Shown here: positions 29,874 through 41,725 of the stretch, in pieces
Layout: each line of letters begins with the position of its first letter
How positions within the stretch are numbered: position 1 is the first letter of the stretch
DNA from: Candidatus Poribacteria bacterium
GTDB lineage: Bacteria > Poribacteria > WGA-4E > PCPOR2b
Assembly (NCBI GenBank): GCA_965208675.1
Contig: OZ242351.1
Location: forward strand, 4,480,001-4,544,000
Direction of reading: 5' to 3'
Length of the DNA: 64,000 nt
Program-made: the position numbers and the translations under genes
The notes under the pieces: generated by a model
Databases searched by the model: none
What the model was told of the DNA's origin: nothing
The model's input: only the letters and a program-made list of their open reading frames with translations

Positions 29874-30455
29874 ATGAATGCACAAGCGGTGTTAGATTTG
29901 GTAGAAGAGATTGGAGTGCTAAAGAATCTTCCGCGTACTGGTTGGCGGTTTCGCGGGATTAAAGACGCCGAGAGTGTCGCAGATCACTGCTATCGCGTAT
30001 CTTTTTTGGCAATGTTGTTGGCTGATGTGTTGGCGCAACAGGGCGTTCAGCTCAACGTTGAAAAGGTGATGCGAATCGCCTTGCTGCACGAAGTCGCCGA
30101 GGCAAGGATTGGCGACGTGCCATTTCCAGCTTTGGAATATATTCCTGAAGATGTCAAAGAGGCCGGCGAAAAAGCCGCATTTCAGTCAATGTTTGAGGGC
30201 TTTGACACGCTCTTACCGAAATACACCGACTTATGGGAGGAGTTTGAGAAAGGCACATCGCTGGAAGGAAAATTAGTGCGGGCGGCAGATAAGCTTGAAC
30301 TGATGATTCAAGTGTTAGAATATGAACAATTGGGTTATCGCTCGCTCGACAAGTTTTGGACGAACGCTTGGAACCTTAGAGGATTTGATGACTATGCCCT
30401 AGTGCGGGAAATCATGGATTTACTTGTCGAAAGAAGACACCAACTGAATGAATAG
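29874..30455 (+). CDS. HD-domain 5'-deoxynucleotidase-like hydrolase (YfbR/HDDC2 type)
   Basis: LKNLPRTGW, ESVADH, ALLHEVAE..GD, AADKLE; the HD dyad reads HE here. Confidence 0.85.
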   Translation: MNAQAVLDLVEEIGVLKNLPRTGWRFRGIKDAESVADHCYRVSFLAMLLADVLAQQGVQLNVEKVMRIALLHEVAEARIGDVPFPALEYIPEDVKEAGEKAAFQSMFEGFDTLLPKYTDLWEEFEKGTSLEGKLVRAADKLELMIQVLEYEQLGYRSLDKFWTNAWNLRGFDDYALVREIMDLLVERRHQLNE

Positions 30456-30587
30456 AGAAGAATCAACCGACGGAACAGGAACCGCTATAGTCTCCAAGTA
30501 ATCAATAGCCTTATGAGAAATAAAACCCCTTTTTTTTGCCGAGAGATTGAACTGTGACGTTTGATTCTGGGAAGAGGTGTAATCAAA

Positions 30588-31133
30588 ATGCACGAAAAAA
30601 CACAGGTTATGACATTCGAGGATATTCGACGTGCGTTAACCCGAATTTCACATGAGATTTTGGAACACAATCATCGAGACATTGACGATCTTGCGCTGAT
30701 AGGGATTAAGAGCCGTGGAGATTACCTTGCCCACCGCATTGCGAAAAACTTGGAAACTATTGAAAATATTGAAGTCCCCGTGGGCGTAGTTGACGTGCGA
30801 TTGTATCGAGATGATGTCAATCTGTACGAAGAAGAGATAAAAATTAACCGGACGGACATCCCATTTAGCGTTGAAGGTAAATGCGTGATTCTAGTAGATG
30901 AAGTTATCTACACCGGACGCACAATCCGGGCCGCGATGGATGCCGTCATGGATTTTGGACGTCCTGGGGCAATTCGACTTGCAGTGCTCATAGATAGGGG
31001 ACATCGTGAGCTGCCAATCTCCGCGAATTATGTTGGCAAAAATATCCCGACTTCGCGAAAGGAAATTGTGCGTGTCCAATTGGTCGAAGAGCACGGGTCG
31101 GATCGAGCGGCGATTTATGAGGGCGGCGAATGA
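30588..31133 (+). CDS. pyrR: pyrimidine operon regulator / uracil PRTase PyrR
   Basis: RALTRISHEILE, LYRDD, LVDEVIYTGRTIRAAMDA, DRGHRELPI..YVGKNIPTS. Confidence 0.95.
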   Translation: MHEKTQVMTFEDIRRALTRISHEILEHNHRDIDDLALIGIKSRGDYLAHRIAKNLETIENIEVPVGVVDVRLYRDDVNLYEEEIKINRTDIPFSVEGKCVILVDEVIYTGRTIRAAMDAVMDFGRPGAIRLAVLIDRGHRELPISANYVGKNIPTSRKEIVRVQLVEEHGSDRAAIYEGGE

Positions 31134-32419
31134 ATCGGATTCTCATCGGCAACGGACACATCGTTGATCCCGCCAATCAGGTTGATTCGATTCAAGATTT
31201 ACTCATCTGCGGCGGAAAAATCGCCCAAATTGGGGAACGAATTGGAGTTGAAGCGGATAGAATTGTAGATGCGAGGGGATTGATTGTTGCACCGGGATTG
31301 ATTGACATGCATGTCCATCTGCGCGAACCCGGATTCGAACACAAAGAAACCATCAAATCGGGCACCCGTGCAGCTGCCGCGGGTGGATTTACATCGGTTG
31401 CCTGTATGGCGAATACGCAACCGGTTGCCGATTCCCCGGACGTCATTCGATTTATCCGGTCGCAAGCGGAGAAAAGCGGTGTTGCTAAAGTGTTGCCCAT
31501 CGGCAGCATCACAAAAAACCTCGCGGGCGAAGTTGTTACCGATGTTCCTGCACTGTTAGAAGCCGGAGCGGTTGCATTGTCCGATGACGGCAAAACCGTC
31601 ATGAACGCCGCGCATATGCGCGAGGTGCTAACCTGGAGCGCGCAACGCGGCTTTCCCGTTGCGGTCCATTGCGAAGAACACAATCTGAACGCGGGAACAG
31701 TGATGAACCTCGGTGAAACCTCTCACAAGCTGAATCTAGCCGGCAGTCCCAACGTAGCAGAAGACATTATAGCCGCCCGTGACATTATGCTTGCCGAGTT
31801 AACAGGCGGCCGCCTCCACGTTTTACACGTCAGCACGGCTGGAACTGTCGAGCTGGTTCGGTGGGGAAAGCGCAGGGGCGTCCATGTGACAGCCGAAGCC
31901 ACACCGCACCATTTCACGCTCACCGAAGCCGCTGTCGAAGAGCACGGTGCAAACGCAAAAATGCACCCGCCCTTGCGAACCGAGGCTGACGTTCGCGCAG
32001 TGGTTGATGGTCTGATTGATGGAACGCTTGATGCGATTGCTACTGATCACGCCCCTCACGCTCCGTTTGAGAAAGCGCAGGGGATGAACGACGCCCCCCC
32101 CGGCATCGTCGGGTCGGAAACCTGCGTTCCGCTAGTTTTCACTAAACTCATTAATTCTGGGCGGCTTACGTTATCGGAAGCCATTGCAAAGATGACGTGT
32201 ACCCCAGCGAAAATTTTGAATATCGACCGCGGTACCCTCTCCATCGGCGCGGCCGCCGACGTAACACTAATTGATCCAAAACGAGAGGTTGAAGTTAATC
32301 CGGCACAATTCGAGTCCAAAGGCCGTAATACGCCTTTCAGGGGCTGGGCGTTGAGGGGTTGCCCCGTGATGACCATTCGAGACGGAGAAGTGACCCATTC
32401 AGTCCTCAATGACGGCTAA
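31130..32419 (+). CDS. pyrC: dihydroorotase (type I)
   Basis: DMHVHLREPG, HCEE, HVST, IATDHAPH, SKGRNTPF. Confidence 0.95.
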   Translation: MNRILIGNGHIVDPANQVDSIQDLLICGGKIAQIGERIGVEADRIVDARGLIVAPGLIDMHVHLREPGFEHKETIKSGTRAAAAGGFTSVACMANTQPVADSPDVIRFIRSQAEKSGVAKVLPIGSITKNLAGEVVTDVPALLEAGAVALSDDGKTVMNAAHMREVLTWSAQRGFPVAVHCEEHNLNAGTVMNLGETSHKLNLAGSPNVAEDIIAARDIMLAELTGGRLHVLHVSTAGTVELVRWGKRRGVHVTAEATPHHFTLTEAAVEEHGANAKMHPPLRTEADVRAVVDGLIDGTLDAIATDHAPHAPFEKAQGMNDAPPGIVGSETCVPLVFTKLINSGRLTLSEAIAKMTCTPAKILNIDRGTLSIGAAADVTLIDPKREVEVNPAQFESKGRNTPFRGWALRGCPVMTIRDGEVTHSVLNDG

Positions 32420-32522
32420 TGCCAAAGAATCAGGTAAATTTCATAAGCAGGCGCACACTACTCCGTCTAATGCGCAACACGTACAAAGACTTACGCTCCC
32501 AGTGTTGAGGTGATTCAAAATA

Positions 32523-33695
32523 ATGAAAGCAATATTAGCATTAGCAGACGGCACAATCTACGAAGGCGAACATTTCGGCGCGGCTGGGGAATCTGTAGGC
32601 GAGGTTGTCTTCAATACTAGTATGACAGGTTATCAAGAAATCCTCACCGATCCATCCTATAAAGGACAGATTGTGGCGATGACATATCCGTTAATCGGAA
32701 ATTACGGTTGCAATGATGTTGATGTTGAATCAATTGTCCCACAGGTCGAAGGATTTGTTGTGCGTGAATATAGTGCGCAATATAGTAATTGGCGCTCCCG
32801 CCGCAGCCTAGGTACGTACCTAGAAGAGAATGGAGTTATCGGAATCCACGGTGTCGATACTCGCGCCTTAACCAAAAGGCTTAGAGTTCACGGCGTTATG
32901 AATGGGGTTCTATCGTCGGAAGGTTGTGACACCCAGCAACTTATTGCAAAAGCGCGGGCGTGGCAGGGGTTGATAGGCGCAGACCTAGTTAAACGTGTGA
33001 CCTGCCCAAATCCGTACTTGTGGAAGGATGCTAATCCGCATCCGAATTCTTTGCCTCATTCAGATTTAACCAAGCCCCAGAGCAGTCAGCAAATGACAAT
33101 TGATTTCGATTCATCGCCGGTTGGAGCCGTACCGGAGCCGCAGTTTCGTGTTATCGCAATGGACTTCGGGATAAAGTACAATATTTTGCGTCAACTCACT
33201 CAACACGGTTGCCAAGTGCAGGTTGTTCCAGCCCAAACCAAGGCGGAAGAGATTCTTTCGGCCGACCCTGATGGAATCTTTTTATCAAACGGTCCGGGCG
33301 ATCCGGACGCAGTTGATTATGCACTTGAGACAATCAAGAAACTTATTGGCAGAAAGCCAATCTTCGGTATCTGTTTAGGCCATCAACTATTAGGGCTTGC
33401 GGTTGGGGGAAAGAGATTCAAACTCAAATTTGGACATCGAGGCGCAAATCAGCCGGTCAAACGGCTTGAAACTAACAAGGTGGAAATTACCGCCCAAAAC
33501 CACGGTTTCTGTGTGGACATCGACTCATTGCCAAACACCATAGCGATTACACACGTCAATCTGAATGACAATACCCTCGAAGGAATTCGGCATTTGGAAC
33601 ATCCCGTTTTCGCCGTACAGTATCATCCGGAAGCGTCGCCCGGCCCTCATGATGCAAGTTATCTTTTCGGGCAATTTACGGACCTTATGAAATGA
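32523..33695 (+). CDS. carA: carbamoyl-phosphate synthase small subunit
   Basis: GEVVFNTSMTGYQE, SNGPGDP, GICLGHQ, QYHPEASPGP. Confidence 0.97.
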   Translation: MKAILALADGTIYEGEHFGAAGESVGEVVFNTSMTGYQEILTDPSYKGQIVAMTYPLIGNYGCNDVDVESIVPQVEGFVVREYSAQYSNWRSRRSLGTYLEENGVIGIHGVDTRALTKRLRVHGVMNGVLSSEGCDTQQLIAKARAWQGLIGADLVKRVTCPNPYLWKDANPHPNSLPHSDLTKPQSSQQMTIDFDSSPVGAVPEPQFRVIAMDFGIKYNILRQLTQHGCQVQVVPAQTKAEEILSADPDGIFLSNGPGDPDAVDYALETIKKLIGRKPIFGICLGHQLLGLAVGGKRFKLKFGHRGANQPVKRLETNKVEITAQNHGFCVDIDSLPNTIAITHVNLNDNTLEGIRHLEHPVFAVQYHPEASPGPHDASYLFGQFTDLMK

Positions 33696-33776
33696 AAAGC
33701 GATCAATCGAACGACAAGCGGGTGCGATGGTCTTCGGATGACTATTGCCAGTTGCTCAATTGATGCGACGAAGACC

Positions 33777-36700
33777 ATGCCAAAGCGAACCGACATTGAG
33801 AAGATTTTAATCATCGGCTCCGGACCCATTATTATTGGGCAGGCCTGTGAATTTGACTATTCCGGGGCGCAAGCCTGCAAAGCCTTGCAAGAAGAAGGAT
33901 TTGAGATTGTTCTGGTGAACAGTAATCCGGCGACGATTATGACTGATCCGGAATTTGCAGACCGAACTTATATTGAGCCGATTACAGCGGATGTGGTCGA
34001 ACGGATTATCGCTTGCGAACGTCCTGACGCCTTGCTGCCAACGTTGGGAGGCCAAACCGGGCTAAACGTCTCAGTTGAACTTGCCGAAGCCGGGGTGCTA
34101 GACACGTATGATGTTGAACTGATTGGCGCGAAGCTTGAGGCTATCAAAAAGGCGGAAGATCGCGAACTCTTTAAGCGTTCAATGCAGCGAATCGGATTGT
34201 CGGTGCCAAATAGCGGCGTTGTGCATTCCGTTGAAGACGCCGTAAGTGTAGTTTCTTCAATTGGATACCCCGCAATTATCCGTCCGGCGTTCACGCTGGG
34301 CGGAACAGGCGGCGGCATTGCGTATAACATCGAAGAGTTTCAGGTGATGGTCGAACATGGCTTGGCATTGAGTCCAGTCAATGAGGTTTTAATCGAAGAG
34401 TCAGTTATTGGGTGGAAAGAATTTGAACTAGAGGTGATGCGCGATCATGCGGATAATGTCGTGATTATCTGCTCAATTGAAAATGTCGATCCAATGGGCA
34501 TCCATACGGGTGATAGCATTACAGTTGCGCCTGTACAGACGTTGACAGACAAAGAATATCAGAAGATGCGAGATGCAGCCATCAGGATAATCCGAGAAAT
34601 AGGCGTAGATACGGGCGGATCAAATGTCCAATTCGCCGTCCACCCTCAGACGGGAGAACAGGTCGTCATCGAAATGAATCCGCGCGTATCAAGGAGTTCT
34701 GCACTCGCATCAAAAGCCACAGGATTTCCAATCGCCAAGATTGCGGCAAAACTTGCAGTTGGCTATACGCTTGATGAAATTCGCAATGACATCACCCGCC
34801 AAACCCCGGCTTCCTTTGAACCTACAATTGATTACGTTGTCGTCAAAATCCCGCGTTGGGCGTTCGAAAAATTTCCGGATGCCGATGGAACCCTGACCAC
34901 TCAGATGAAATCGGTCGGAGAAGCGATGGCGATCGGGCGGACTTTCAAAGAAGCATTGCAGAAAGGCTTACGATCGTTGGAAACAGGGTGGTATGGGCTT
35001 GGAGATCGGCACGTGCAAAATCTTCCAGTTTCTGAATTGCCCGAAAAACTAACTTTTCCGAACGTTGAGCGGCTATTTTATATCAAACAGGCGTTCCAAG
35101 GCGGTATGAGTGTAGATCAGGTGTACGGCCATACAAAAATAGATCCCTTCTTTTTGTATAACGTCAAGGAGCTAGTAGATTTTGAAACCCACCTGACGAA
35201 ACAGGGAAGGGAGGAAATGAAAAAATCGACATCAGAATCGCGTATTGCCCCGCTGCCTCGCGAGTTGATGTCCCTGCTCTGCAGGTCGAAACAGTATGGA
35301 TTTTCGGACCGCCAGGTTGCCGAGCTGTGGGATGTTTCTGAATCAGACGTCAGGTTGTTGCGGAAGAAAGCTGGAATCGAAGCAACATATAAGACGGTTG
35401 ATACATGCGCCGCTGAATTTGAGGCGGTAACACCCTACTACTATTCAACTTACAGCAGCGAGGATGAAGTTCGCCCAACTTCAAAAAGCAAGATAATCAT
35501 TTTGGGCGGGGGGCCAAATCGGATTGGCCAGGGAATTGAGTTTGATTATTGTTGCGTTCACGCAGCCATGGCGCTCAAGGAAGATGGATTTGAGACTATT
35601 ATGGTCAATAGCAATCCTGAAACGGTGAGTACAGACTATGATACCTCGGACCGTCTGTATTTTGAACCGCTCACACTTGAAGATGTGTTGAACATAATAG
35701 ACCGTGAGCAACCTGACGGCGTTATCGTTCAATTCGGCGGGCAAACCCCCTTGAATCTTGCGCTTGCACTCAAAGACGCAGGCGTACGCATTATCGGAAC
35801 CAGTCCCGATGACATTGCGCGGTCGGAAGACCGAAAATTGTTCAAAGCTGTACTGGATGAAATAGGTCTAGTGCAACCGCCAAACGGAACTGCAACATCG
35901 ATTGAAGAAGCCAAACCGATTGCCGCGTCGCTTGGCTATCCCGTGATTGTTCGCCCCTCGTATGTTCTCGGCGGGCGCGCAATGCAGATTGTCTACGACC
36001 AAACTCTGTTGCAGGAATACATGGACTCCGCAGTTGCCGCTTCACCCGAACATCCGGTTTTGATTGACAAGTATTTGGAAGATGCAATCGAGGTGGATGT
36101 CGATGCAATTTCAGACGGCAGAACAACCCTGGTCGGGGGTATCATGGAGCACATTGAAGAAGCTGGAATCCATTCCGGAGACAGTGATTGCGTGCTCCCC
36201 CCTTATACTCTTGTGGAAGAGCAACTTGACGAACTCAAAAGGTATACATACGCACTGGCAAAGGCACTCAACGTTCGAGGACTGATGAACGTTCAGTATG
36301 CTATCAAGAACAACGAAATCTATGTGCTGGAGGTCAACCCGCGCGCCTCGCGGACTATACCGTTTGTCAGCAAAGCGATTGGGGTACCGTTGGCAAAACA
36401 TGCGGCGCGGATTATGGCGGGAAAAACCCTTGAGAAAATCGGATTTACCAAAGAAATCGAAAGGAACTATTTCTGTGTGAAAGCCCCCGTATTTCCGTTC
36501 AATCGCTTTCCCGGAGCAAATTCGCAACTTGGGCCCGAGATGAAATCGACAGGCGAGGTGATGGGCATCGACGAAGATCTTTCTCAAGCCTTTGCCAAAG
36601 CACAAAAGGCGTGCGGCTACACGTTGCCCGTCAATGGGCGGGCGTTCATCAGCGTAAAAAACAAAGATAAGCGCGCTATCATTTTTATCGCCAAGAAGCT

Positions 36701-37034
36701 CTCCGACATCGGATTTCAATTGATAGCAACGCACGGGACTGCGAAGGTGTTGCGAAGGAATGGGTTGGAGGTTTCGTTAGTCCATAGTATAGGAAAAGGA
36801 CGCCCCACAATTCACGACTATGTGAAAAATCAAGACGTAGACCTTATTATCAATACTCCCACAGGTTACGACCATCATCCCGCGGAACAGTTGATAAGAA
36901 AGATAACAATTGATTATGGTGTACCACTGTTTTCCACTATCCCCGGTGCATCCGCCGCTATCAACGGCATTGAGGCGCTTCGCCGTGAAACGTTAACTGT
37001 TACGCCGCTTCAGGATTATTACACAAAGATGTAA
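33777..37034 (+). CDS. carB: carbamoyl-phosphate synthase large subunit
   Basis: [30 protein letters not shown]; two ATP-grasp halves; C-terminal MGS domain. Confidence 0.97.
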   Translation: MPKRTDIEKILIIGSGPIIIGQACEFDYSGAQACKALQEEGFEIVLVNSNPATIMTDPEFADRTYIEPITADVVERIIACERPDALLPTLGGQTGLNVSVELAEAGVLDTYDVELIGAKLEAIKKAEDRELFKRSMQRIGLSVPNSGVVHSVEDAVSVVSSIGYPAIIRPAFTLGGTGGGIAYNIEEFQVMVEHGLALSPVNEVLIEESVIGWKEFELEVMRDHADNVVIICSIENVDPMGIHTGDSITVAPVQTLTDKEYQKMRDAAIRIIREIGVDTGGSNVQFAVHPQTGEQVVIEMNPRVSRSSALASKATGFPIAKIAAKLAVGYTLDEIRNDITRQTPASFEPTIDYVVVKIPRWAFEKFPDADGTLTTQMKSVGEAMAIGRTFKEALQKGLRSLETGWYGLGDRHVQNLPVSELPEKLTFPNVERLFYIKQAFQGGMSVDQVYGHTKIDPFFLYNVKELVDFETHLTKQGREEMKKSTSESRIAPLPRELMSLLCRSKQYGFSDRQVAELWDVSESDVRLLRKKAGIEATYKTVDTCAAEFEAVTPYYYSTYSSEDEVRPTSKSKIIILGGGPNRIGQGIEFDYCCVHAAMALKEDGFETIMVNSNPETVSTDYDTSDRLYFEPLTLEDVLNIIDREQPDGVIVQFGGQTPLNLALALKDAGVRIIGTSPDDIARSEDRKLFKAVLDEIGLVQPPNGTATSIEEAKPIAASLGYPVIVRPSYVLGGRAMQIVYDQTLLQEYMDSAVAASPEHPVLIDKYLEDAIEVDVDAISDGRTTLVGGIMEHIEEAGIHSGDSDCVLPPYTLVEEQLDELKRYTYALAKALNVRGLMNVQYAIKNNEIYVLEVNPRASRTIPFVSKAIGVPLAKHAARIMAGKTLEKIGFTKEIERNYFCVKAPVFPFNRFPGANSQLGPEMKSTGEVMGIDEDLSQAFAKAQKACGYTLPVNGRAFISVKNKDKRAIIFIAKKLSDIGFQLIATHGTAKVLRRNGLEVSLVHSIGKGRPTIHDYVKNQDVDLIINTPTGYDHHPAEQLIRKITIDYGVPLFSTIPGASAAINGIEALRRETLTVTPLQDYYTKM

Positions 37035-37118
37035 ATTGGAATACGCGTCCACACTAGGACAGCACGGTATACATCATGTTAACGGTAGTCAAACCAGGTA
37101 AAAAGAAATGAGGAACAG

Positions 37119-38564
37119 ATGAGAGATTTGAAAATGGAATCTTATTCTAACGACTGGAGACAACGGGAAGAAGCCGCCGAGTCAATGATTCCACTGATTG
37201 GAGAGCTGTATCGGAATCATGGCGTGGTTACTACCGTTTACGGCCATTCTCTAGTTCATGGCTCGACCATTGATATTCTAAAGGCTCATCGTTTTTCTCG
37301 GCAGATTGTCCAAGACGAACTTTCTGCTTTCACAAGCTTACCCATTCTTAAAGCGATGAGCCAATTGAACCTTTCACCAGCCCGCATTGACATTGGCAAG
37401 TTAACTACTATGTATCTGCGCAACGAGACAGGCGCGTCCCTAGAAACCTTTGTCAGAACGGAACTGGCTGATATCAACAATGGTAAAAAGACGACCTTGG
37501 CTGCCCCTCAAGATGTCGTTCTTTATGGATTTGGACGGATCGGGCGAACTCTCGCTCGGATTCTCATTCAAAGAAGCGGCGGCGGCGGCAGGTTGAGGTT
37601 ACGGGCAGTCGTAGTGCGGAACGAAATCAGAGGCGACCTGCCAAAGCGGGCTAGCCTCCTACGACGTGATTCCGTCCATGGTTCGTTCAAAGGGACCATC
37701 ATAGTCAACGAGGCAGAAAACGCCTTCATTGCAAATGGAAACATGATTCGTCTCCTGTACGCAGACCGCCCGGAACATGCCGACTACAGCCGATATGGCA
37801 TTCAAAATGCGATTGTCCTTGACAACACCGGCGTTTGGCGGGATCGGCGCGGGCTTGAACGGCATCTCAAAGCCGAAGGCGCCGCAAAAATTATCCTCAC
37901 TGCACCGGGCAAAGAAGAAGTTCCAAATGTTGTTTACGGCGTAAATAACCACGCCATTTTGGATGGCGAGAAGATTGTCTCCGCTGCTAGCTGTACTACT
38001 AACGCAATTGTTCCGGTTCTTAAGGTGATGCACGACCGATTCCAAATTGAAGAGGGGCACATTGAAACTTGCCACGCTTACACCAATGACCAAAACCTGA
38101 TTGACAATTACCACAAAAAGAGTCGAAGAGGGCGTGGCGCGCCGCTGAACATGGTTATTACAGAAACAGGCGCTGCTGAAGCGGTAGGCAAAGTATTGCC
38201 GGAATTGTCAGGCAGGCTAACAGCTAATGCGATTCGGGTTCCAACGCCGAATGTATCACTCGCTATCCTGCATTTAACGCTAAACGAAGTGAGTACGGTA
38301 AGGGAAGTAAACAACTATCTGCGCGCCATTTCGCTCGACTCGCCGTTGCAAGGACAGATAGATTACACCAGTTCGCCGGATGCGGTTTCGAGCGACTTTA
38401 TCGGGACTTTGAAGACGGGAATAGTTGACTCGCTAGCAACCATAGTGTCAGGCAATCGGTGTGTGTTGTACGTATGGTATGACAACGAATTTGGTTACAG
38501 CCACCAAGTGATTCGCATTCTCCAGTACATTGCAGGTTTGGAACTTCCCGCTTTTCCGCGGTAA
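37119..38564 (+). CDS. gap: glyceraldehyde-3-phosphate dehydrogenase, long form with N-terminal extension
   Basis: YGFGRIGR, SAASCTTN, RVPTPNVS, WYDNEFGY. Confidence 0.93.
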   Translation: MRDLKMESYSNDWRQREEAAESMIPLIGELYRNHGVVTTVYGHSLVHGSTIDILKAHRFSRQIVQDELSAFTSLPILKAMSQLNLSPARIDIGKLTTMYLRNETGASLETFVRTELADINNGKKTTLAAPQDVVLYGFGRIGRTLARILIQRSGGGGRLRLRAVVVRNEIRGDLPKRASLLRRDSVHGSFKGTIIVNEAENAFIANGNMIRLLYADRPEHADYSRYGIQNAIVLDNTGVWRDRRGLERHLKAEGAAKIILTAPGKEEVPNVVYGVNNHAILDGEKIVSAASCTTNAIVPVLKVMHDRFQIEEGHIETCHAYTNDQNLIDNYHKKSRRGRGAPLNMVITETGAAEAVGKVLPELSGRLTANAIRVPTPNVSLAILHLTLNEVSTVREVNNYLRAISLDSPLQGQIDYTSSPDAVSSDFIGTLKTGIVDSLATIVSGNRCVLYVWYDNEFGYSHQVIRILQYIAGLELPAFPR

Positions 38565-38732
38565 CCCTTTCAGTCTCGAAGATTTAGCATCCGATTGATT
38601 TTCGCCGAGCTAGTCGTATTCGAAAATCGGCGTGAATTCAGTTGCCGTAAATATCACACACGTTTACAGGATAAAATTTCCTCAATACTTGTCTTCCTAC
38701 ATCCCGCATAGTTGAATTGTCTCCCATGCATA

Positions 38733-40076
38733 ATGAAAAAAGTTGCTTCTGTTCGCCAACTTGCGTTGGACTGTTTAATCCGATTGGAAGAAGACAGCAC
38801 AACTATTGCTCCGCTAGTTAATTGTACAATTCTTCAAAGCCGTTTGGATGCTTTAGATTGCGGGTTGCTAAATGAGCTTGTTTATGGTGTGGTTCGGTGG
38901 AGGAAGAAACTTGATTGGATTCTCCGCCAATTTGTGGATTCCCGCTTTCATTTGGATTTGAAAAGCCGCAACATCTTGAGGCTAGGGGCATATCAGTTGC
39001 TTCACTTGAATAGGGTTCCACCGCATGCGGCTATTTATGAAACAGTCGAACTAGCGAAACCTAAACGGAAACAGGCGCAATTCATCAACGCGGTACTACG
39101 TTCGGTACAGCGAGACGCAAATCGCCTTGAGTTTTCTTCACTACAAGCCGATCCGCTTCAGCATATCTCAATTTCTCTTTCCTATCCACAGTGGTTGGTG
39201 AAACGGTGGCTAATTCACTACGATGCCGCGTGGACACTGGCGTTCTGCCGCGCAAGTAATCAGATTGCACCGCTATCTATCCGGCTTAATTCCCTGAAAA
39301 CTAACCGCGAAGAATTAATCGAATCGCTCACGGCGGACAGCGTTTCGGTTAAGGAAAGCCAGATTTCGCCCGACGGATTGATTTTGGCGGATTCGCGTTC
39401 GTTACAGTCGCTGCAAGCTTACCGCAATGGCTGGTTCTACGTACAGGACGAAAGTGCGATGTTAGCGGCGCACTTGCTTAGTCCGCAACCGGAGAAGAAG
39501 GTCGTGGATCTATGTGCCGCACCCGGCGGGAAGACTAGCCACATTGCGCAACTCATGGGAAACACGGGACAGATTGTTGCTGCAGATATTTCGCAGGACA
39601 GGGTTCGAAGCGTTGAGGAGAACTGCCAGCGACTCGGTATAACAAATGTCCTGCCACGGATTGCAAATTCCGCAAACGACTCGCTCGAATTTGTCAGGGA
39701 TGCGGATTATGTCCTAATTGATGCACCGTGTTCGGGATTCGGAACCCTTCGGCGCCATCCGGACATACGGTGGAAAAAATCCCCTAATCAGATTAACGAG
39801 CTTGCTCAACTGCAGCTAAACCTTTTGGAAAACGCAGCGCGCAAGATTAAACCCGGCGCCGTATTAGTTTATAGTACATGCAGCATAGAACCGGAAGAGA
39901 ACGAGATAATTATTCGCCGTTTCCTCAAAAACCATCCGAAATTTGTAATCGAAGACGCAGTAGAATTTCTACCGGCTGCGCCTCCGGACGCTATCACGCC
40001 CGAAGGGTTTCTACAAACCTTTCCGCATGAACACGGCACTGACGGCGCTTTTGCGGTGCGTCTAAGAGTAACATAG
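38733..40076 (+). CDS. rsmB: 16S rRNA m5C967 methyltransferase
   Basis: NusB-like N-terminus; QDE, DLCAAPGGKT, DAPCSG, YSTCS. Confidence 0.93.
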   Translation: MKKVASVRQLALDCLIRLEEDSTTIAPLVNCTILQSRLDALDCGLLNELVYGVVRWRKKLDWILRQFVDSRFHLDLKSRNILRLGAYQLLHLNRVPPHAAIYETVELAKPKRKQAQFINAVLRSVQRDANRLEFSSLQADPLQHISISLSYPQWLVKRWLIHYDAAWTLAFCRASNQIAPLSIRLNSLKTNREELIESLTADSVSVKESQISPDGLILADSRSLQSLQAYRNGWFYVQDESAMLAAHLLSPQPEKKVVDLCAAPGGKTSHIAQLMGNTGQIVAADISQDRVRSVEENCQRLGITNVLPRIANSANDSLEFVRDADYVLIDAPCSGFGTLRRHPDIRWKKSPNQINELAQLQLNLLENAARKIKPGAVLVYSTCSIEPEENEIIIRRFLKNHPKFVIEDAVEFLPAAPPDAITPEGFLQTFPHEHGTDGAFAVRLRVT

Positions 40077-40136
40077 AAATTAAACTCAATAGAAGCAATC
40101 TGCGGTTAATCGAAGGCGATTCACTATTGTTTTACT

Positions 40137-41678
40137 ATGACACACCCGCTTCTCGAAATGCAATCCATAACAAAAGACTTCCCGGGCGTCCGCGCGGTTG
40201 ATGATGTTTCATTCGATGTGCAGCGCGGCGAGATTCACGCGTTGTGCGGTGAGAACGGCGCGGGTAAGTCGACACTGATTAAGGTGCTTGGCGGTGTGTA
40301 CCCTCGTGGCACTTACGAGGGTACGTTATGCATCAACGGTAGCGTTCATGATTTTAGCTCTGTCGGCGACTCTGAATGCGCGGGCGTAGCCATAATCTAT
40401 CAGGAGCTCGCATTAGTTCCAGATATGACTGTCGGCGAAAATATCTATCTGGGCCGAGAACCCAAACGGATCGGGTTCATTGATTGGAATCGGTTGTATC
40501 ATCGAGCAGCTCGTTTGCTGTCAGATTTTGGCCTTCCTCTAGAACCTCAAACCGTAGTGAATCAGTTAGGTATCGGAGGGCAGCAGTTGGTGGAAATCGC
40601 CAAAGCTCTGTCACGCGACGCTCGCTTGCTTGTATTAGATGAGCCAACCGCAGCGCTAACAGAAAGTGAAATAGAAAAGTTGATGTACATTCTGCGCCAG
40701 CTGCGTGAACAAGGTGTGTCATGCATTTACATCACGCACAAGCTCAAGGAAATCTTCGAGATTGCAAATCGTGTAACTGTCCTACGCGACGGAAAAACAG
40801 TGGGTACGTTCCGGATAAATGAGTGCAGTGAAAGTGAACTGATTGCTCGGATGGTTGGACGTGAATTGACGGATTTCTACGCGAAGAGCGAAACGAGAAT
40901 AGGAGAGACCGCATTGGAAGTGCGGAATCTCAATGCATATGATTCAGATAGACCCGATCGGCAGTTCCTGAAAGATATATGTTTTACTGTGCGGTACGGG
41001 GAAATTCTAGGTATCGCGGGACTGATGGGATCGGGGCGGACGGAACTAATCAATGCCGTTTTTGGAGCATATCCGGGCAAGTCCACCGGAGATATCGTTG
41101 TCGACGGCGTTCAAGTTATAATCGATTCTCCCCGTGACGCGATTAGATACGGGATAGGGCTTGTCAGCGAGGATCGCCAGCGGTACGGGTTAATTCTTGG
41201 CGCTAATGTGCCTTCGAACATGACGTTAGCCAGCCTTGACGCTCGGTGTACCGAACCAGGAACGCAGCTTGCGCCTCATGGGATTATCAATCGGAACGAG
41301 GAGTTTCGCCAGAGTCGCCACTATGTTGAATCTCTGCAAATTAAAACTCCGTCACTTGATGCACCAGTAAACCATCTTAGCGGCGGCAACCAACAGAAGG
41401 TAGTTTTGGGGAAATGCTTGATGACCCTACCGAGGATTCTTCTCCTTGACGAACCTACCCGCGGCATTGATGTGGCTGCCAAAGTGGAGATTCACAGGTT
41501 GATTGCTCAACTTGCCCGCCAAGGTGTTGCAATCGTGATGGTCTCGTCGGAACTCCCCGAAATTTTGAACATGAGCGATCGAATTATAGTTCTGCATGAG
41601 GGTGAAATTTCGGGGGAATTTGTTAATGACAATACAACGCAAGCTGAAATTTTACGCTGCGCCGCCGGTGAAACGTAA
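40137..41678 (+). CDS. sugar ABC transporter ATP-binding protein (XylG/RbsA type, two NBDs)
   Basis: GENGAGKSTL, LDEPTAAL, LSGGNQQKV, DEPTRGIDV. Confidence 0.93.
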   Translation: MTHPLLEMQSITKDFPGVRAVDDVSFDVQRGEIHALCGENGAGKSTLIKVLGGVYPRGTYEGTLCINGSVHDFSSVGDSECAGVAIIYQELALVPDMTVGENIYLGREPKRIGFIDWNRLYHRAARLLSDFGLPLEPQTVVNQLGIGGQQLVEIAKALSRDARLLVLDEPTAALTESEIEKLMYILRQLREQGVSCIYITHKLKEIFEIANRVTVLRDGKTVGTFRINECSESELIARMVGRELTDFYAKSETRIGETALEVRNLNAYDSDRPDRQFLKDICFTVRYGEILGIAGLMGSGRTELINAVFGAYPGKSTGDIVVDGVQVIIDSPRDAIRYGIGLVSEDRQRYGLILGANVPSNMTLASLDARCTEPGTQLAPHGIINRNEEFRQSRHYVESLQIKTPSLDAPVNHLSGGNQQKVVLGKCLMTLPRILLLDEPTRGIDVAAKVEIHRLIAQLARQGVAIVMVSSELPEILNMSDRIIVLHEGEISGEFVNDNTTQAEILRCAAGET

Positions 41679-41725
41679 ATGTATTAAACTCACATGACGG
41701 AAGTCAAACTTTACGGAAAATTACT

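Noticed and set aside
33020-33140. CarA insertion containing QMTIDF (clamp-motif-like)
   Set aside because: Lies in the known variable interdomain linker; a chance match is likely.
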